DNA from: Leucoraja ocellata | Lineage: Eukaryota | Assembly: GCA_036785375.1 (NCBI GenBank) | Contig: JAWMAR010000013.1 | Coordinates: 6,634,001 to 6,698,000 of the forward strand | Direction of reading: 5' to 3' | DNA length: 64,000 nucleotides | Shown: positions 1-11,379 of the stretch, piece by piece | Position numbering within the stretch: position 1 is the stretch's first letter | Layout of the letters: each line of letters starts with the position of its first letter | The notes under the pieces: generated by a model | Database searches by the model: none | What the model saw: the letters and a program-made list of their open reading frames with translations, nothing else | Told to the model about the DNA's origin: nothing | Translations under genes and position numbers: made by a program

Positions 1-575
1 ACTGCTTCATCAAATCTGTCTTGTTGATTACTTAAGACCAGACTTTAAAATATTTGGAAATAGTTGTATTTTATTTTGTTTGTATGTAATCACTAGGTGA
101 GCAATCTTTAATTTTTCCCCCTCCAAATTACTTCATTTTATTTTCCTTTCTTCTGTCATCGGCATGGGAGATAACGGCATGTAAGATCAGAAATAAAACT
201 TTTTTGAAAGAATTGCCTTTTCAGAAAATCAATTCTGGTGTTTTATCATGTGAATTAACCAGATTGGTAAATTTCCATTTTGACTAATGTTGTTTGCACT
301 TCTCAGTTATTTCTATGTCCCTGTCCTTTTTCTTTCTCTTTCTGTATTTTTCTTTCCTCCTACTTTTCTTTCCATCATCCCTGGCCATAACATTTCTTTG
401 GCTACAGATTTCTAATGACTTTCTGGATATCCACGGCTTTGATGCCATCATTTTGTAAGGGTTGACAGAATATGGAAATTTGAAAATAGTGAGGAAGGTA
501 AAATGACATTTCAAACTTGTTCAGTACTACTACTGTCTCTTAATAGCGGGCTGCTATTTCACTGGTTAGGGATAT

Positions 576-990
576 TTCAGACTGGTTAGGGATAAGGGAA
601 ACAAGAGATATAGATGGTGATGTGGAGAGATGAAGAACAATGAATGAAAGATATGCAAAAGTAACGATAAAGGAAACAGGCCATTGTAAACTGTTTGTAG
701 GGAGAAGCTAGTGTGAATTGAGTGGGGGGGAAGGCTAGAGAGAGAGAAAAAGGCCACTGAGCTTACAATGGCCTTTTACCTTTATTATTGTTACTTTTTT
801 ACAACAATGGTTCATTATCTCTCCACAACACCATCTATATCTCCCGTTTTCCTTATCCCTAACCAGTCTGAAGAAGGGTCTCGACCCAAAATGTCACCCA
901 TTCCTTCTCTCCAGAGATGCTGCCTGCCCGCTGAGTTACTCCAGCTTTTTGTAACTATCTTCGGTTTAAACCAGCATCCTTCTTACACAG
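576..990. mobile_element. Penelope-like terminal repeat, inverted pair (fold-back) with decayed hammerhead motif
   Basis: Arms 576-689 and 763-872 are reverse complements. The right arm continues into GTCTGAAGAAGGGTCTCGACCCAAAATGTCAC...CCAGCATC, the same terminal repeat seen at 8774, 34918 and 54038. Confidence 0.7.
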
Positions 991-2199
991 CTATAAAGTC
1001 TCTGTTTAAAATTGGTCACAAATTTAGCACATGTTTCCGTTGTCTTCTGCTTTGTTGAATTCAATGAGCAGCTGAACAAAACCAGTAAATCTGGTTTCCA
1101 CATTGTTGTCATACACCTAATCCATACTTCCTGTGCAATTACTACCCGTTATTTTTGCTTTAAGGTTCTTCTAGGAACCTTGTATTAGACTAAATACTGC
1201 CTGTTAATGCATGTAATTGCAATGTAGCCTGACAATTCCATTTTGTGTTTTTCTTTAAATCCTCACTGATCTCTCCAGCCCTTATCATTGTGGAGACATG
1301 GTGAAAGTAATTGTCTTTGATGTTAGAGTGCATTCTACAATGGCATCATGGAGCTGAAAGAATATACCTGAAGTTGATGGGAATTGAGGGGAAATCTTTC
1401 CACTGGCTGAAATCAAACCTAGTACAAAAGAGAGCAACTGTGATAATTATTTCAGCTTTAACATATCCTCGCTCTTCAACTGTTCTAGCTGAACAATTCT
1501 TCACATGATCTTGTGACTGAATTCAGGAGTGGGAATGTTTACTGATGATTGTGGAGATTAATTTCATTCACATTGTCACAGCAGATGATAAAGCAGTCCA
1601 TTTCCATGTACAACAAGAAATCAAGACCACAGAGGCAATGCGAGGGTAGATAGTGAGGAGCATCACATATGATCTTGATCGTGGTAACTTGTTTCCATAT
1701 ATTTGTAGTTACAACAAATGTTGAATAGATGTTAGGATATCTTTTCTCTTCAAATGGCGTTGAAATCAACCTGTAGTCTGTTTACTGTTACACAGATTAA
1801 GATCAATAATATATCGCAGGTTGTAATTTAAAACCAAACACAGATGTATATGTAGTTTGTACGGATTTGTAGTAGTCTTATTATTGGCCATATTATGCAG
1901 TGTCTTCACTTTGACTGCTTTATGTTTGTACTGGTTAGTTTGTTCTCTGACAGAAATTGCCCCAAACACAGTGGACTGTGCAATATCTTCTTAATAAACT
2001 TAAATGCAAATTTTGCATTCCAAATTCAGAAGGTGGACCATAAAACTGGACAATAGCCAAGCAGTGCATTATAATATCATTCTGTGAGCTTCTGTTTGCT
2101 GTAAATGCTTAATTGTTGTTTCTTAGTGTGTTTAATAATAATTCATTTGCTTACCCTAATGCAGAGAAATGGAACATGTGCCGGCAGTTGAGATTAGTT

Positions 2200-2337
2200 C
2201 TTCTTCTTGCGTATGGCGTGCACAGCCTAAAGTTGTAGGACAACTTGTTCTATTTGATCTTATTTGATTGTGCACACCGGGTTGATTGCATTCGTCGAAA
2301 CAGGGCGGACCACGTGAAGGTTGCAATCTTCCACCCC
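2200..2337 (-). mobile_element. Short non-autonomous retroelement (SINE-like, possibly Ingi/Vingi-related) with (AAG)n tail and 11-bp TSD
   Basis: TGAGATTAGTT is duplicated at 2189-2199 and 2338-2348. The minus strand ends CCATACGCAAGAAGAAG. The element interrupts an old CR1 3' tail. Confidence 0.85.
2284..2337 (-). ncRNA. Minimal HDV/CPEB3-like self-cleaving ribozyme (predicted)
   Basis: The minus strand reads GGGGUGG(P1) AA GAUUGCA(P2) ACC(P3) UUCACGU(L3) GGU(P3') CCGCCCU(P1') G U-UUCG-A(mini P4) CGAA(J4/2, catalytic C) UGCAAUC(P2'). All helices pair, with a G1-U wobble. Confidence 0.85.
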
Positions 2338-3099
2338 TGAGATTAGTTAATCATGGCATTGTGTTCGACACAGACATTGTTGGCTGAAGGACCTGTTCTT
2401 ATGCTGTACTCTTCTATCTTTCAACAGTAATGTTTGAATGCTGCAAATTAGTTGAGATTAATTGGGTTAGATTTAGAGTCCAATTTATTTCATCTCAACC
2501 CCATACACTTTATAACATAAGGCAGGACAAAGTTTGGGGCATCAGACCACTCAACCTTTTTTTCCTCTATACACCATGCATGCAACTTCAAGTGTATTCT
2601 GTGATTTACCATTCAGCGTGTGAAGAATTTTGTAACATAATTTTTCTGCACTAAAGTCAGCATGCATTTGTCAAAGTCTTTCCATTTTACTACTTGTGAA
2701 CTAATTTCTTAAATAACAATTTGCCCATAATTATAGAATTGTTAAATTGTGTGCAATATTTTTATAAACTCTTGGCAATGTGCAGTCAATCCACAATTTT
2801 TGGTGAGCGTGTTACAGGAGAATTTCTAATTTTGGAATGATTCCTATTAGATTTTATCTCCTGTTGCCAATGCAGATGCATGGATTTTTATAATTGTCTT
2901 TGTCATCCTGTGGGAATTGTTGACATAGCCTGTTTTATTTCCTCCTATATTCATGATCTTGATTTTTATTTTTATTTCAATGCAAGTCTGTGGTTAGATC
3001 TATTTCTGTTACAAATCCTTCACTAGTTGGTGTTATTTTTGAAGATGTCTAGGAGATCACCTCAATTTCAACATCTCCTCATTTTTTTCAGCCTGTGGT

Positions 3100-3750
3100 C
3101 CATTTGTAGGCTGAATTGACTTAATGAAGAGACATTGAGTGGACTGGGCTATGTTTGCTAGAGTTTAGAGGATTGTCAAGTGATATAATTGAAATGGCCA
3201 AATCCTTAAGGGGCGATGTGTTTTTTTTTTTTTGCTTGGAGGATGAATTGTTCCAGAAGTTTTAGCATCATACAGCATGTAGACTCTTCAATGCTGTCTG
3301 GTGACAGTGTCTAGTCTCTGTATCCAAGGATATGCAATAGGAAAAAGCAGCAAAGATTTGCCAGATTGATTGCTGGAATGACTTGTTTGTCATATGACTT
3401 GATCAGGCCTGCGCTCTTGACTTATGGAGATATGAAAAGAGGTCACATTGAAATTCTTGAGCAGACTGACACGATAGATGTGCAGTTTTTATTCAGGTTT
3501 GGATGTCTGAAACCAGGTGAATGGCTTGAAAATAATAGATTGACTATCAATTGTAAGCAATTTCTTCATCCAGAAGGTAGGGAATCTTTATAAATTGCAT
3601 ACCCCAGGAGGCTGTTACTCGGTATATTTGAAGCGGAGAGCAATAGACTTTTAGATGTTGTGAGAACCAGGGGAAATAGTACTAGTGTGGAAAGTGCTGC
3701 TGAGGTAAAGAGTCAGCAATTCGCATTGAATGGCAGAAGGGGGACAAATG
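3100..3750 (+). mobile_element. Old CR1 LINE 3' fragments
   Basis: Degenerate CR1 ORF2 C-terminal motifs (LIAGMTCLSY; GAGTTTAGAGGATTG). Confidence 0.55.
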
Positions 3751-4229
3751 GCAGCTTCATACTCTTGGGTCACTTTAGCATTAATTTCCAATATCAATGG
3801 TATAACTGTTTCCTCAACTTGTTAATAAGGATGAAAGCTTTTTTTATTTTGACAGCAGTTTATCCAAAAATCTAGTGGGGTTCCATGGGGCTTACAGTTG
3901 GTCCCTTTCTGCTTGAATGATTTAGATCTAATGTCGGCATGATAAAGAATTTTGCAGGCAGAAATTGGTCGTGTGATTTAATGGTGAGGAAGAAATCTTT
4001 AGACCACAGGACCACAGTTGGACAGAAAAATGGCAAATGGAACTGGAACCTGAGGATATGCGATGATGCATTTGGCAGATGCATAAATTCAGACCACAGT
4101 GCAATGTGGAAGAACACTGTTGCTTGCAGAAAGGACAGATATTGGACCTTCTGCAGTTGCATAGGAACTTGAGCCAGTTCCCACCATTTTTTATTTACTC
4201 TAACTGTTATTACTTGTTCAAATAGTTTC

Positions 4230-4985
4230 CTTAGTCCTTATCCTTCACCCCATCATCCTCCGCATCCGACATATCATTTCCGTCACCTCCGATGTGATCC
4301 CACCATCTTCCCTTCTCCAGCCCTTTCTGCCTTCTGCAGAGACTGCACCCTCTGCAAGTCCTTGATTTACTCCTCCATTCCCACCCAAGCCACCCACTCT
4401 CCAGGCACTTTCCCTTGCAAATGCAGGTGATGTAACACCTTTCCCTTATCCCCCCTCCCTCGTTTCCATCCAGGGACCCCAGCAGTCCTTTGAGGTGAGA
4501 CAGAAGTTCACGTGCACCTCCTCTAACCTCATCCACTGCATCTGTTCCTGCTGTGGCCTCCGTACATTGGCGAGAACAAACGTAGGCTCGATGACCATTT
4601 CGCTGAACATTTGTGCTACCAGATCTCCCAGTTACTAACCATTTTAACTTCCCTTCTCAATCTCCTCCATTGCCAGAATGGGGCCACATAAAAACTGGAG
4701 GAACAGCACCTTGTATTCTGCTTGGGTAACTTACAACCCAGTGGTATGAACATTGAATTCTCCAACTTTAGATAACCTCTTCCAAGCCCCCCTTCCCTTG
4801 CTGTCCTCTACCTAGACTTGAAACTATCTCCCCCCCCCCCCCCCCATCTACTTAAACGGCTTCAATTTTTCAATCCTTTGGCCTTGTACCTTTTTTCCAT
4901 CTCTAGTCTTTGTCCAACCACCAAAAACTTTGCCTATCAAAAACTTCCTTCATCTGTATTTACCGATTACCAGCCATGCCTTACC
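4230..4985 (+). mobile_element. Penelope-like element fragment (GIY-YIG endonuclease region), degenerate
   Basis: 4515-4616 translates, with a frameshift, to TSSNLIHCICSCCGL/YIGENKRRLDDHFAEHL, followed by KLEEQHLVFCLGNLQPSGMNIEFSNF. Confidence 0.8.
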
Positions 4986-5229
4986 CAACCACTTTTGAAA
5001 AAGACTACGAATGGAAATAGACCCCTATACAGTTATAGGGGAGATTTCAATCTTCATATCTATTCAGCACTATGTTGGAAACAAAACTCAAATTTGTAGC
5101 AGAATACTCTCGCTGGAGATATATTGGAGAGAATGAAGGAATGGTAAATACGTGGTTAGAAGGTCAGAATCAATATTGTAAGTTTTCATGATTCAGTAAA
5201 AAGCAAAATCATTATGGTAATACTTAAAA

Positions 5230-6290
5230 GAATATAAAGAGGATGATGGATCTGGTGAAAATGCTGATGCTTTTAAGGCCACTCTGGTTTGTAAGCTTCT
5301 AGTTGTATGCAGGTTTGCATTGTGTTTATCTACAAGCGATGGCAGCAGAAAATTTCAGAAATGAGTGGAAACAAATCACCAACATAGTTCCCTCTTAAAC
5401 AAATGTTTAATGTGTATAGAAAGACTGTTGGAAGAGGATGACCTCGTTCTCTCATTCTTTGATGGATGAGAAAGCAGCTTCCAGCTTCAGGGCCATCAAA
5501 GATTGTTGCTGTTTACCGGGTGTGACTAAGCTTGAATCTGTTAATGCACCACTCAGAATGAGAGCTTTAAAGAGATAGTCAAAGGCCAATCTTCCATTTT
5601 GTATAGTAGTCCAACAAAATAAAGATGACAGTTGCGTTCAAGATTACACTGTTTCCCTTTGTTACACAATGTTCTGGATGTTGAGGATCTGGAAGGTTTT
5701 GCTCCTGAATGCCTTCATTGTTTGCACCCTTATCCATCGGTTGTATTGCTCTTTTTAAGCTTTGTTACCTGCGGCAGGTAAGGAGATGTGTCACTGGGGT
5801 TGAACAGCAATAACAGATGTAGCTATGGACTTCATCATGGTTTCTTGCGATAACATACACCATTCATTGTTGTATAAGTTACGGATAAAATGAGCATGAC
5901 TTTTGTGGGTTTACAATCCTGAAAACTCTTCAAGTAGACACTGACAAATTGATGAATGAGGTTGGGTTTGATGTGGAGCAAGATAACGTGGGAGACTTAT
6001 TGACTTCACATGGCAAAGAATTTGTAAATGACGATGTGTTAGAGCTTAATCCACAAGGGTCACGTTAAACAAAAAGCTACAGAAATGGCACCAAAATAGC
6101 ACACTTGAAAAAGGCTCTTAAAAGCATTCTGATATATCCAGAAAGAGAAAGCCATCTTCAAAAGACAAATAACCTAATTTGGAGTACAGCAGTAGATATG
6201 GCTGGATGATAGAAGAAGCTGTGTTTGTTTGATAATGTTAAAAGGTGGAACAGAGTTGGTCAGATGTCCATAGATACCTTTTAAACAGTA
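5230..6290 (+). mobile_element. Old pogo/Tigger-like DNA transposase remnant
   Basis: Recognisable degenerate peptides: WKRMTS (cf. WKRMPS), EKAASSFRAIKD, and NEVGFDVEQDNVGDLLTSHGKEFVNDDVLEL (Tigger acidic C-terminus). Confidence 0.6.
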
Positions 6291-6475
6291 ATTGATTTTT
6301 TTTTTTTAATGCAGATGCTGGAAACATGAAATTAAAAAATAAAAAGGAAATGCTGGATGCATTTAACAGGCCAGACAGCAACAATAGAAACACCTTTTGT
6401 CAGAACGTTCTTTTAAGCATGAAGAGCCATTAGCTGGAAGGCAAACTAGCATATAAAAACCAGTCAAAATGATTT

Positions 6476-7779
6476 GACAGTAGACAATAGGTGCAGGAGT
6501 AGGCCATTCAGCCCTTCGAGCCAGCAACGCCATTCAATGTGATCATGGCTGATCATCCCCAATCAGTACCCGGTTCCTGCCTTCTCCCCATATCCCCTGA
6601 CTCGGCTATTTTTAAAAGCCTTATCTAGCTCTCTCATGAAAGCATCTAGAGAACCCGCCTCCACCGCCCTCTGAGGCAGAGAATTCCACAGACTAACCAC
6701 TCTCTGTGAGAAAAAGTGTTTCCTCGTCTCCGTTCTGAATGGTTTACTCCTTATTCTTAAACTGTGGCCCCTGGTTCTGGACTCCCCCAACATCGGGAAC
6801 ATGTTTCCTGCCTCTAGAGTGTCCAAACCCTTTAACAATGTTATATGTTTCAATGAGATCCCCTCTCTAAACTCCAGAGTGTACAAGCCCAGCTGCTCTA
6901 TTCTCTCAGCATATGATAGTCCCGCCATCCCTGGAATTAACCGTGTAAACCTACGCTGCACTCCCGCAATAGCAAGAATGGCCTTCCTCAAATTAGGGGA
7001 CCAAAACTGCACAAAATACAAGAGGTGGTCTCACTAGGGCTCTGTGTAATTGCAGAAGGACCTCTTTGCTCCTATATTCGATTCCTCTTGTTATAAAGGC
7101 CAACATGCCATTCGCTTTCTTCACTGCCTGCTGTACCTGCATGCTTACTTTCATAGACTGATGTACAAGGACCCCCAGATCCTGTTGTACTTCCCCTTTT
7201 TCCAACTTTACGCCATTTAGATAGTAATCTGCCTACCTGTTTTTGCTACCAAAGTGGATAACCTCACATTTAGCCGCATTAAAGTGCATCTGCCATGCAT
7301 CTGCCCATTCCCCCAACCTGTCCAACTCGCCCTGCATTCTCATAGCATCCTCCTCACAGTTCATACTGTCACCCAGCTTTGTGTCATCTGCAAATTTGCT
7401 AATGTTACTTTGAATCCCTTCATCCAAATCATTGATATATATATTGTAAATAGCTTGCGGTACCACTCTAGTCACTGCCTGCCATTCTGAAAGAGACCCG
7501 TTAATCCCTACTCTTTGTTTCCTGTTTGCCAACCACTTCTCTATCCATGTCAGCACTCCCTTGTCCATTTTCCTAGTTACATCTTCAACAAATTCTAGAA
7601 GATTAGTCAAGCATGATTTCCCCTTCGTAAATCCTTGCTGACTTGGACCGATCCTGTTACTGCTATCCAAATGTTCGGCTATCACATCTTTTATAATTGA
7701 CTCCAGCATCTTCCCCACCGCCGATGTCGGGCTAACTGGTCTATAATTCCCTGTTTTCTCTCTCTCGGCATTCTTAAAA
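6476..7779 (-). mobile_element. CR1 LINE, 5'-truncated, RT and 3' end with frameshifts and deletions
   Basis: ORFs 7233-7832, 6993-7205 and 6563-7021 contain NYRPVS, QQGFTKGKSCLTNLLEF, SKFADDTKL and FFSQRVVSLWNSLP. A short microsatellite tail lies at ~6476-6490. Confidence 0.95.
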
Positions 7780-7859
7780 ATTTTGATGTCAATTTGGTAT
7801 GCAAAATTGAATTGATGATGAGGAGCCTGCATGAATTTTGCAGTTTTCAGTTATCAGAT

Positions 7860-8370
7860 GCAATCATTTTGCAGAGTAATGAAATTAGTGGGTGACGGAT
7901 TCTATTGATTTAATTAGACTTCTCGAGAAGATATATTGTAAAGTCTTGCATGAGAGTTTGACTAAAGTTGAAACTTGTGGAAAATGCTGTGAAGATTTTT
8001 GAGGGTGATACTTGGGTTGAATCACCAAAAATTCTGCAATTCTGCAAATAGTATTATTTTTCTTGCAATTTAGAAAGCAATAAGAGATTTGGTTAAAGTT
8101 TTCAAGATACTAGGTAGTTGGCAACTATTTCCTCTATGTGATTCCTCTGGCACAAGGGGTATATTGCAAAAATAATTGGGTACTGGCCTTTCAGGAGTGC
8201 AGAGGGTGGTGAAAAATTGGAACACTTCATCGAATGATTATTGTTGCTAGATCAATTGAATTTTAAATCTGGTAATGGACATGGTAAATTTTTTTGTTTC
8301 TGTTTCAACAAGCATATGAAGGATATTTGTGGGAAACGAGAAGTAGATAAATAGCCTACGAATTCTTTAC
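7860..8370 (+). mobile_element. Highly degraded CR1 fragments
   Basis: Degenerate CR1 RT and 3' motifs (LDFSRR, GAGATTTGGTTAAAGTTTTCAAGATA). Confidence 0.45.
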
Positions 8371-8422
8371 ATAAAAATTCTGCTTTTTTTTAGTGCAATG
8401 TGGTTTGAATGTCGAGTGATTT

Positions 8423-8423
8423 T

Positions 8424-8462
<39 letters not shown>

Positions 8463-8465
8463 TTT
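8423..8465. repeat. (TTTA)n microsatellite
   Basis: About 10 TTTA units. Confidence 0.95.
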
Positions 8466-8773
8466 CTCCCTCTTACAAATTGCACCATATTGGAAAGCAG
8501 GTTCGGAATTTATAAATGAAATATATAGGAAAAGCTGGAAACGCTCTACAATCGGGCAGCATCCATGGAAAGAAAATGTTTGCCTTTCATGTCAAGATTC
8601 TTCATCAGAACAGGAAAAGTGAGCAAACAAGTTTTAAATTGTGAGGGTGTGGTAGGAATGGACAAGCAAAATTAATATCTCTTATTTGAGAATGTCAGGA
8701 TGTCATGTGATGTATTGATGCATATTTGATTAATGAAAGCAGTCAAATAGAAAGCTAAGGGACATTAAAACAA

Positions 8774-8900
8774 GTCTGAAGAAGGGTCTCGACCCAAAAC
8801 GTCACCCATTCCTTCTCACCAGAGATGCCACCTGTCCTGCTGAGGTACTCCAGCAGTTTGTGTTTATCTTAGGTTTAAACCAGCATCTGCAGTTCCTTCC
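8774..8900 (+). mobile_element. Penelope-type terminal repeat with minimal hammerhead-like motif (G12 mutated)
   Basis: CTGAAGA-A-GGGTC-TC-GACCC-AAAAC-GTC, followed by the shared ...CCAGCATCTGCAGTTCC end. Confidence 0.7.
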
Positions 8901-8950
8901 TGCTCAAAACATGAAATGCAAGTTGGTTATTATAAAGAATTGAAACTAAC

Positions 8951-9398
8951 AGGAGACTTGGAAATGCCCAGCAGATCTGGTGGAGTACATAGAAAGCAGA
9001 AAAGCTTGATGAATGTGGAAGCTGGTGTATTGGACCTGGGGAATTCTGTCCTTGTTCTTTCTGGCTGGGAGCATGTTGTAGCCTTCAGGATTCGGTATAA
9101 CATTCTACAATTTTAGGAGATTTGCTTCCTCTATGGTCACATCAGGCCATTTTTGCAAAGGGTTAATCATCGGTTAGTTTTCCTCTGCTTGATTTGATTT
9201 GCCCCTGACTTTTTGCTATCCCTCTAAATGCATTCCCACAGCCTTTGTAACTAAAACAAATCAGTATTTTTTCTTCTTCGCACTTTCGATGAATGGGCTT
9301 TGATCTGAAATGTAACCATTTCTATTTCCACAGTTGCTGCCTGACCTGTTAAGTATTTCCAGTATTTATACTTTTATTTCAGATTCCAGCATCTGCAA
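8951..9398 (+). mobile_element. Old non-autonomous element (copy 1) with Penelope-like termini
   Basis: Colinear with 10365-10693 and ends in the ...TTCCAGCATCTGCA terminus. Confidence 0.55.
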
Positions 9399-10364
9399 TT
9401 TTTCCTTTTTCTGCTATTCAGTGCAAAACATGTTTTTGCAAATGACTAATTTGTGTAGGATGTGCAGTTATCTTAATTCTTGTGTAATGTTCTCAGGGTT
9501 TATGTATTTTGGTTGCACTGATGTGGTCTGGTTACCTAGTAGCGCCGTTAATTTATTGCATATACAGCAAGTAACAATTTCATTCTTACTGGTGCATATG
9601 ACAGTTAAACACTCTTATATTTTGAGATGTTTTGGGAGAAATGGAGAAAGGCTTTTTCCCCAATAACTGCCCATTTGGAACAGAAACATAATTTGTGTGG
9701 CTGCATTCAGTGAAGCGGCATAACTGAAAGGCCATCCCAATTTTTGCAGCTTGCTGAAGAACGCCCCAGAGGCTGACTGCTGATTCTAAACTCTGTGCAC
9801 ACCAGCTACTGAAATATTATGTAATAAGGATTGCTACTTCAATAGTCATAGCTTCCTTGCACTTGGTGTTTGAGGTGGTCCTGATGGATGTGTTGCATAA
9901 GCTGGAACTGAGGCTGGTCAATATCTATCCAAACCCACAACAATGTATAATTAAGGCATTAGTTGCAGGTGGAGTTGGAAGGTAAAGAGTCCTAAGATAC
10001 TTTATTTAAGTTTCCAATTTCAGGGTTTCCACGACAAGGTAAAAGAGTCATAGGCTGGGATTTCTCCAAAGTAATTTGACAGAGCTGACTCTTCTACCAT
10101 GGTTAGGCTCCAAGCATGAGTGGATGAAATAATTGTGCTACTAACCTTCAATTATAAATGTAAAGGTTTGACATTGATATGGCTTGTATAATTTCAAGTC
10201 GACCTAATGATTTGCATAGTTGAAAATCAGTGGTTTACCAGTTTATGACTATTGAATTTCACTTGAACCTATTGAAAATTTGTTCAGTCACAAAGTAGTC
10301 TTGATCACAAAGTAAATAGAAGAGACTAGTGCCAATTTTTTGTTTGCAATCATGTGTTCACAAA

Positions 10365-10693
10365 AGGAGACTGTTGGAAATGGCCAGCAGGTCTGATGGA
10401 GTCCGTAGAAAGAGTTAAGGCTCGGTGAATGTGGAAGCTGATGCATTGGACCTTGGGAATTATATCCTTCTGGCTGTCAGCCTTCAGGATTCCATATGGC
10501 ATTTGACAATATTGGGTGACATGCTTCCTCTATATCAAACCAGGCTGGTTCTGCTGTACAGTTAATCATCTGTAATAGTAACTTAGTTTTTCTCAACTTA
10601 ATTTTACTTGCCTCTAACTTAATGTCTTTCTCTCTAAATGCACTCCCACATAGCCTTCACATTTAAAACAATTATTTTTTCTTCCCACTTTTT
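10365..10693 (+). mobile_element. Old non-autonomous element (copy 2)
   Basis: Shares GAATGTGGAAGCTG, AGCCTTCAGGATTC, GCTTCCTCTAT, GTTAATCATC and CTCTAAATGCA in the same order as 8951-9290. Confidence 0.55.
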
Positions 10694-11049
10694 GTACATT
10701 ATATGTCGTTAGAAATTTCGTATCGTTGTTTTGTAGTTTTAGTTGATTTGTAAATCACATAAAACGTGTCAGTATGTTTTTCTTGTGATGTTCCTCAAGT
10801 AATATGCCTGTGGTTGTTTTGTAGATATTGAAATGTCTTTTTTTTAATTGGATGTCTTAATCTTAAATTGGATGTGAGAAAAAAAAATGTACATTAACTC
10901 AAATCTTGATTGCCATCTATTTTTTTAAATGTAATTATGATCAATTTCATTTTTCCTAAATGCTTAATATATACTTTTTTCCCCTCTTTACCTGATACCC
11001 TTGTATTGAAATAGAAGCACCAGACAGTCCTTTCCAGTACTTTTGGCCA

Positions 11050-11280
11050 AACGATTTTTTCACGCAATGGGTGGTGGGTGTATGGAATAAGCTGCCAGAG
11101 GAGGTAGTTGAGGCAGAGACTATCCCAACATTTAAGAAATAGTTAGACAGGTACAGGGATAGGACAGGTTTGGAGGATATAAACCATATGCGGGCAGGTG
11201 GAACTAGTGTAGCTCGGACATGTTGGCTGGTGTGGGCAAGTTGGGTCAAAGGGCCTGTTTCCACACTGTATGACTCTAAG
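11050..11280 (+). mobile_element. CR1 LINE 3' end
   Basis: FTQWVVGVWNKLPEEVVEA-type coding end plus the GGGCCTGTTTCCACACTGTATGACTCTA tail. Confidence 0.85.
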
Positions 11281-11379
11281 ATTTCAAAATTGTAAATCTC
11301 AAGTTTTGGGGGAAATTTTAAGTTTTTCAAATTTAACTGTGCTATTCACCAATCATTATTTCTATATTTTTTCATGCAT

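Noticed and set aside
5770-5785. Strong donor CAG|GTAAGG as a candidate 5'-UTR exon end
   Set aside because: It lies within a Tigger remnant and has no definable acceptor or transcript evidence.
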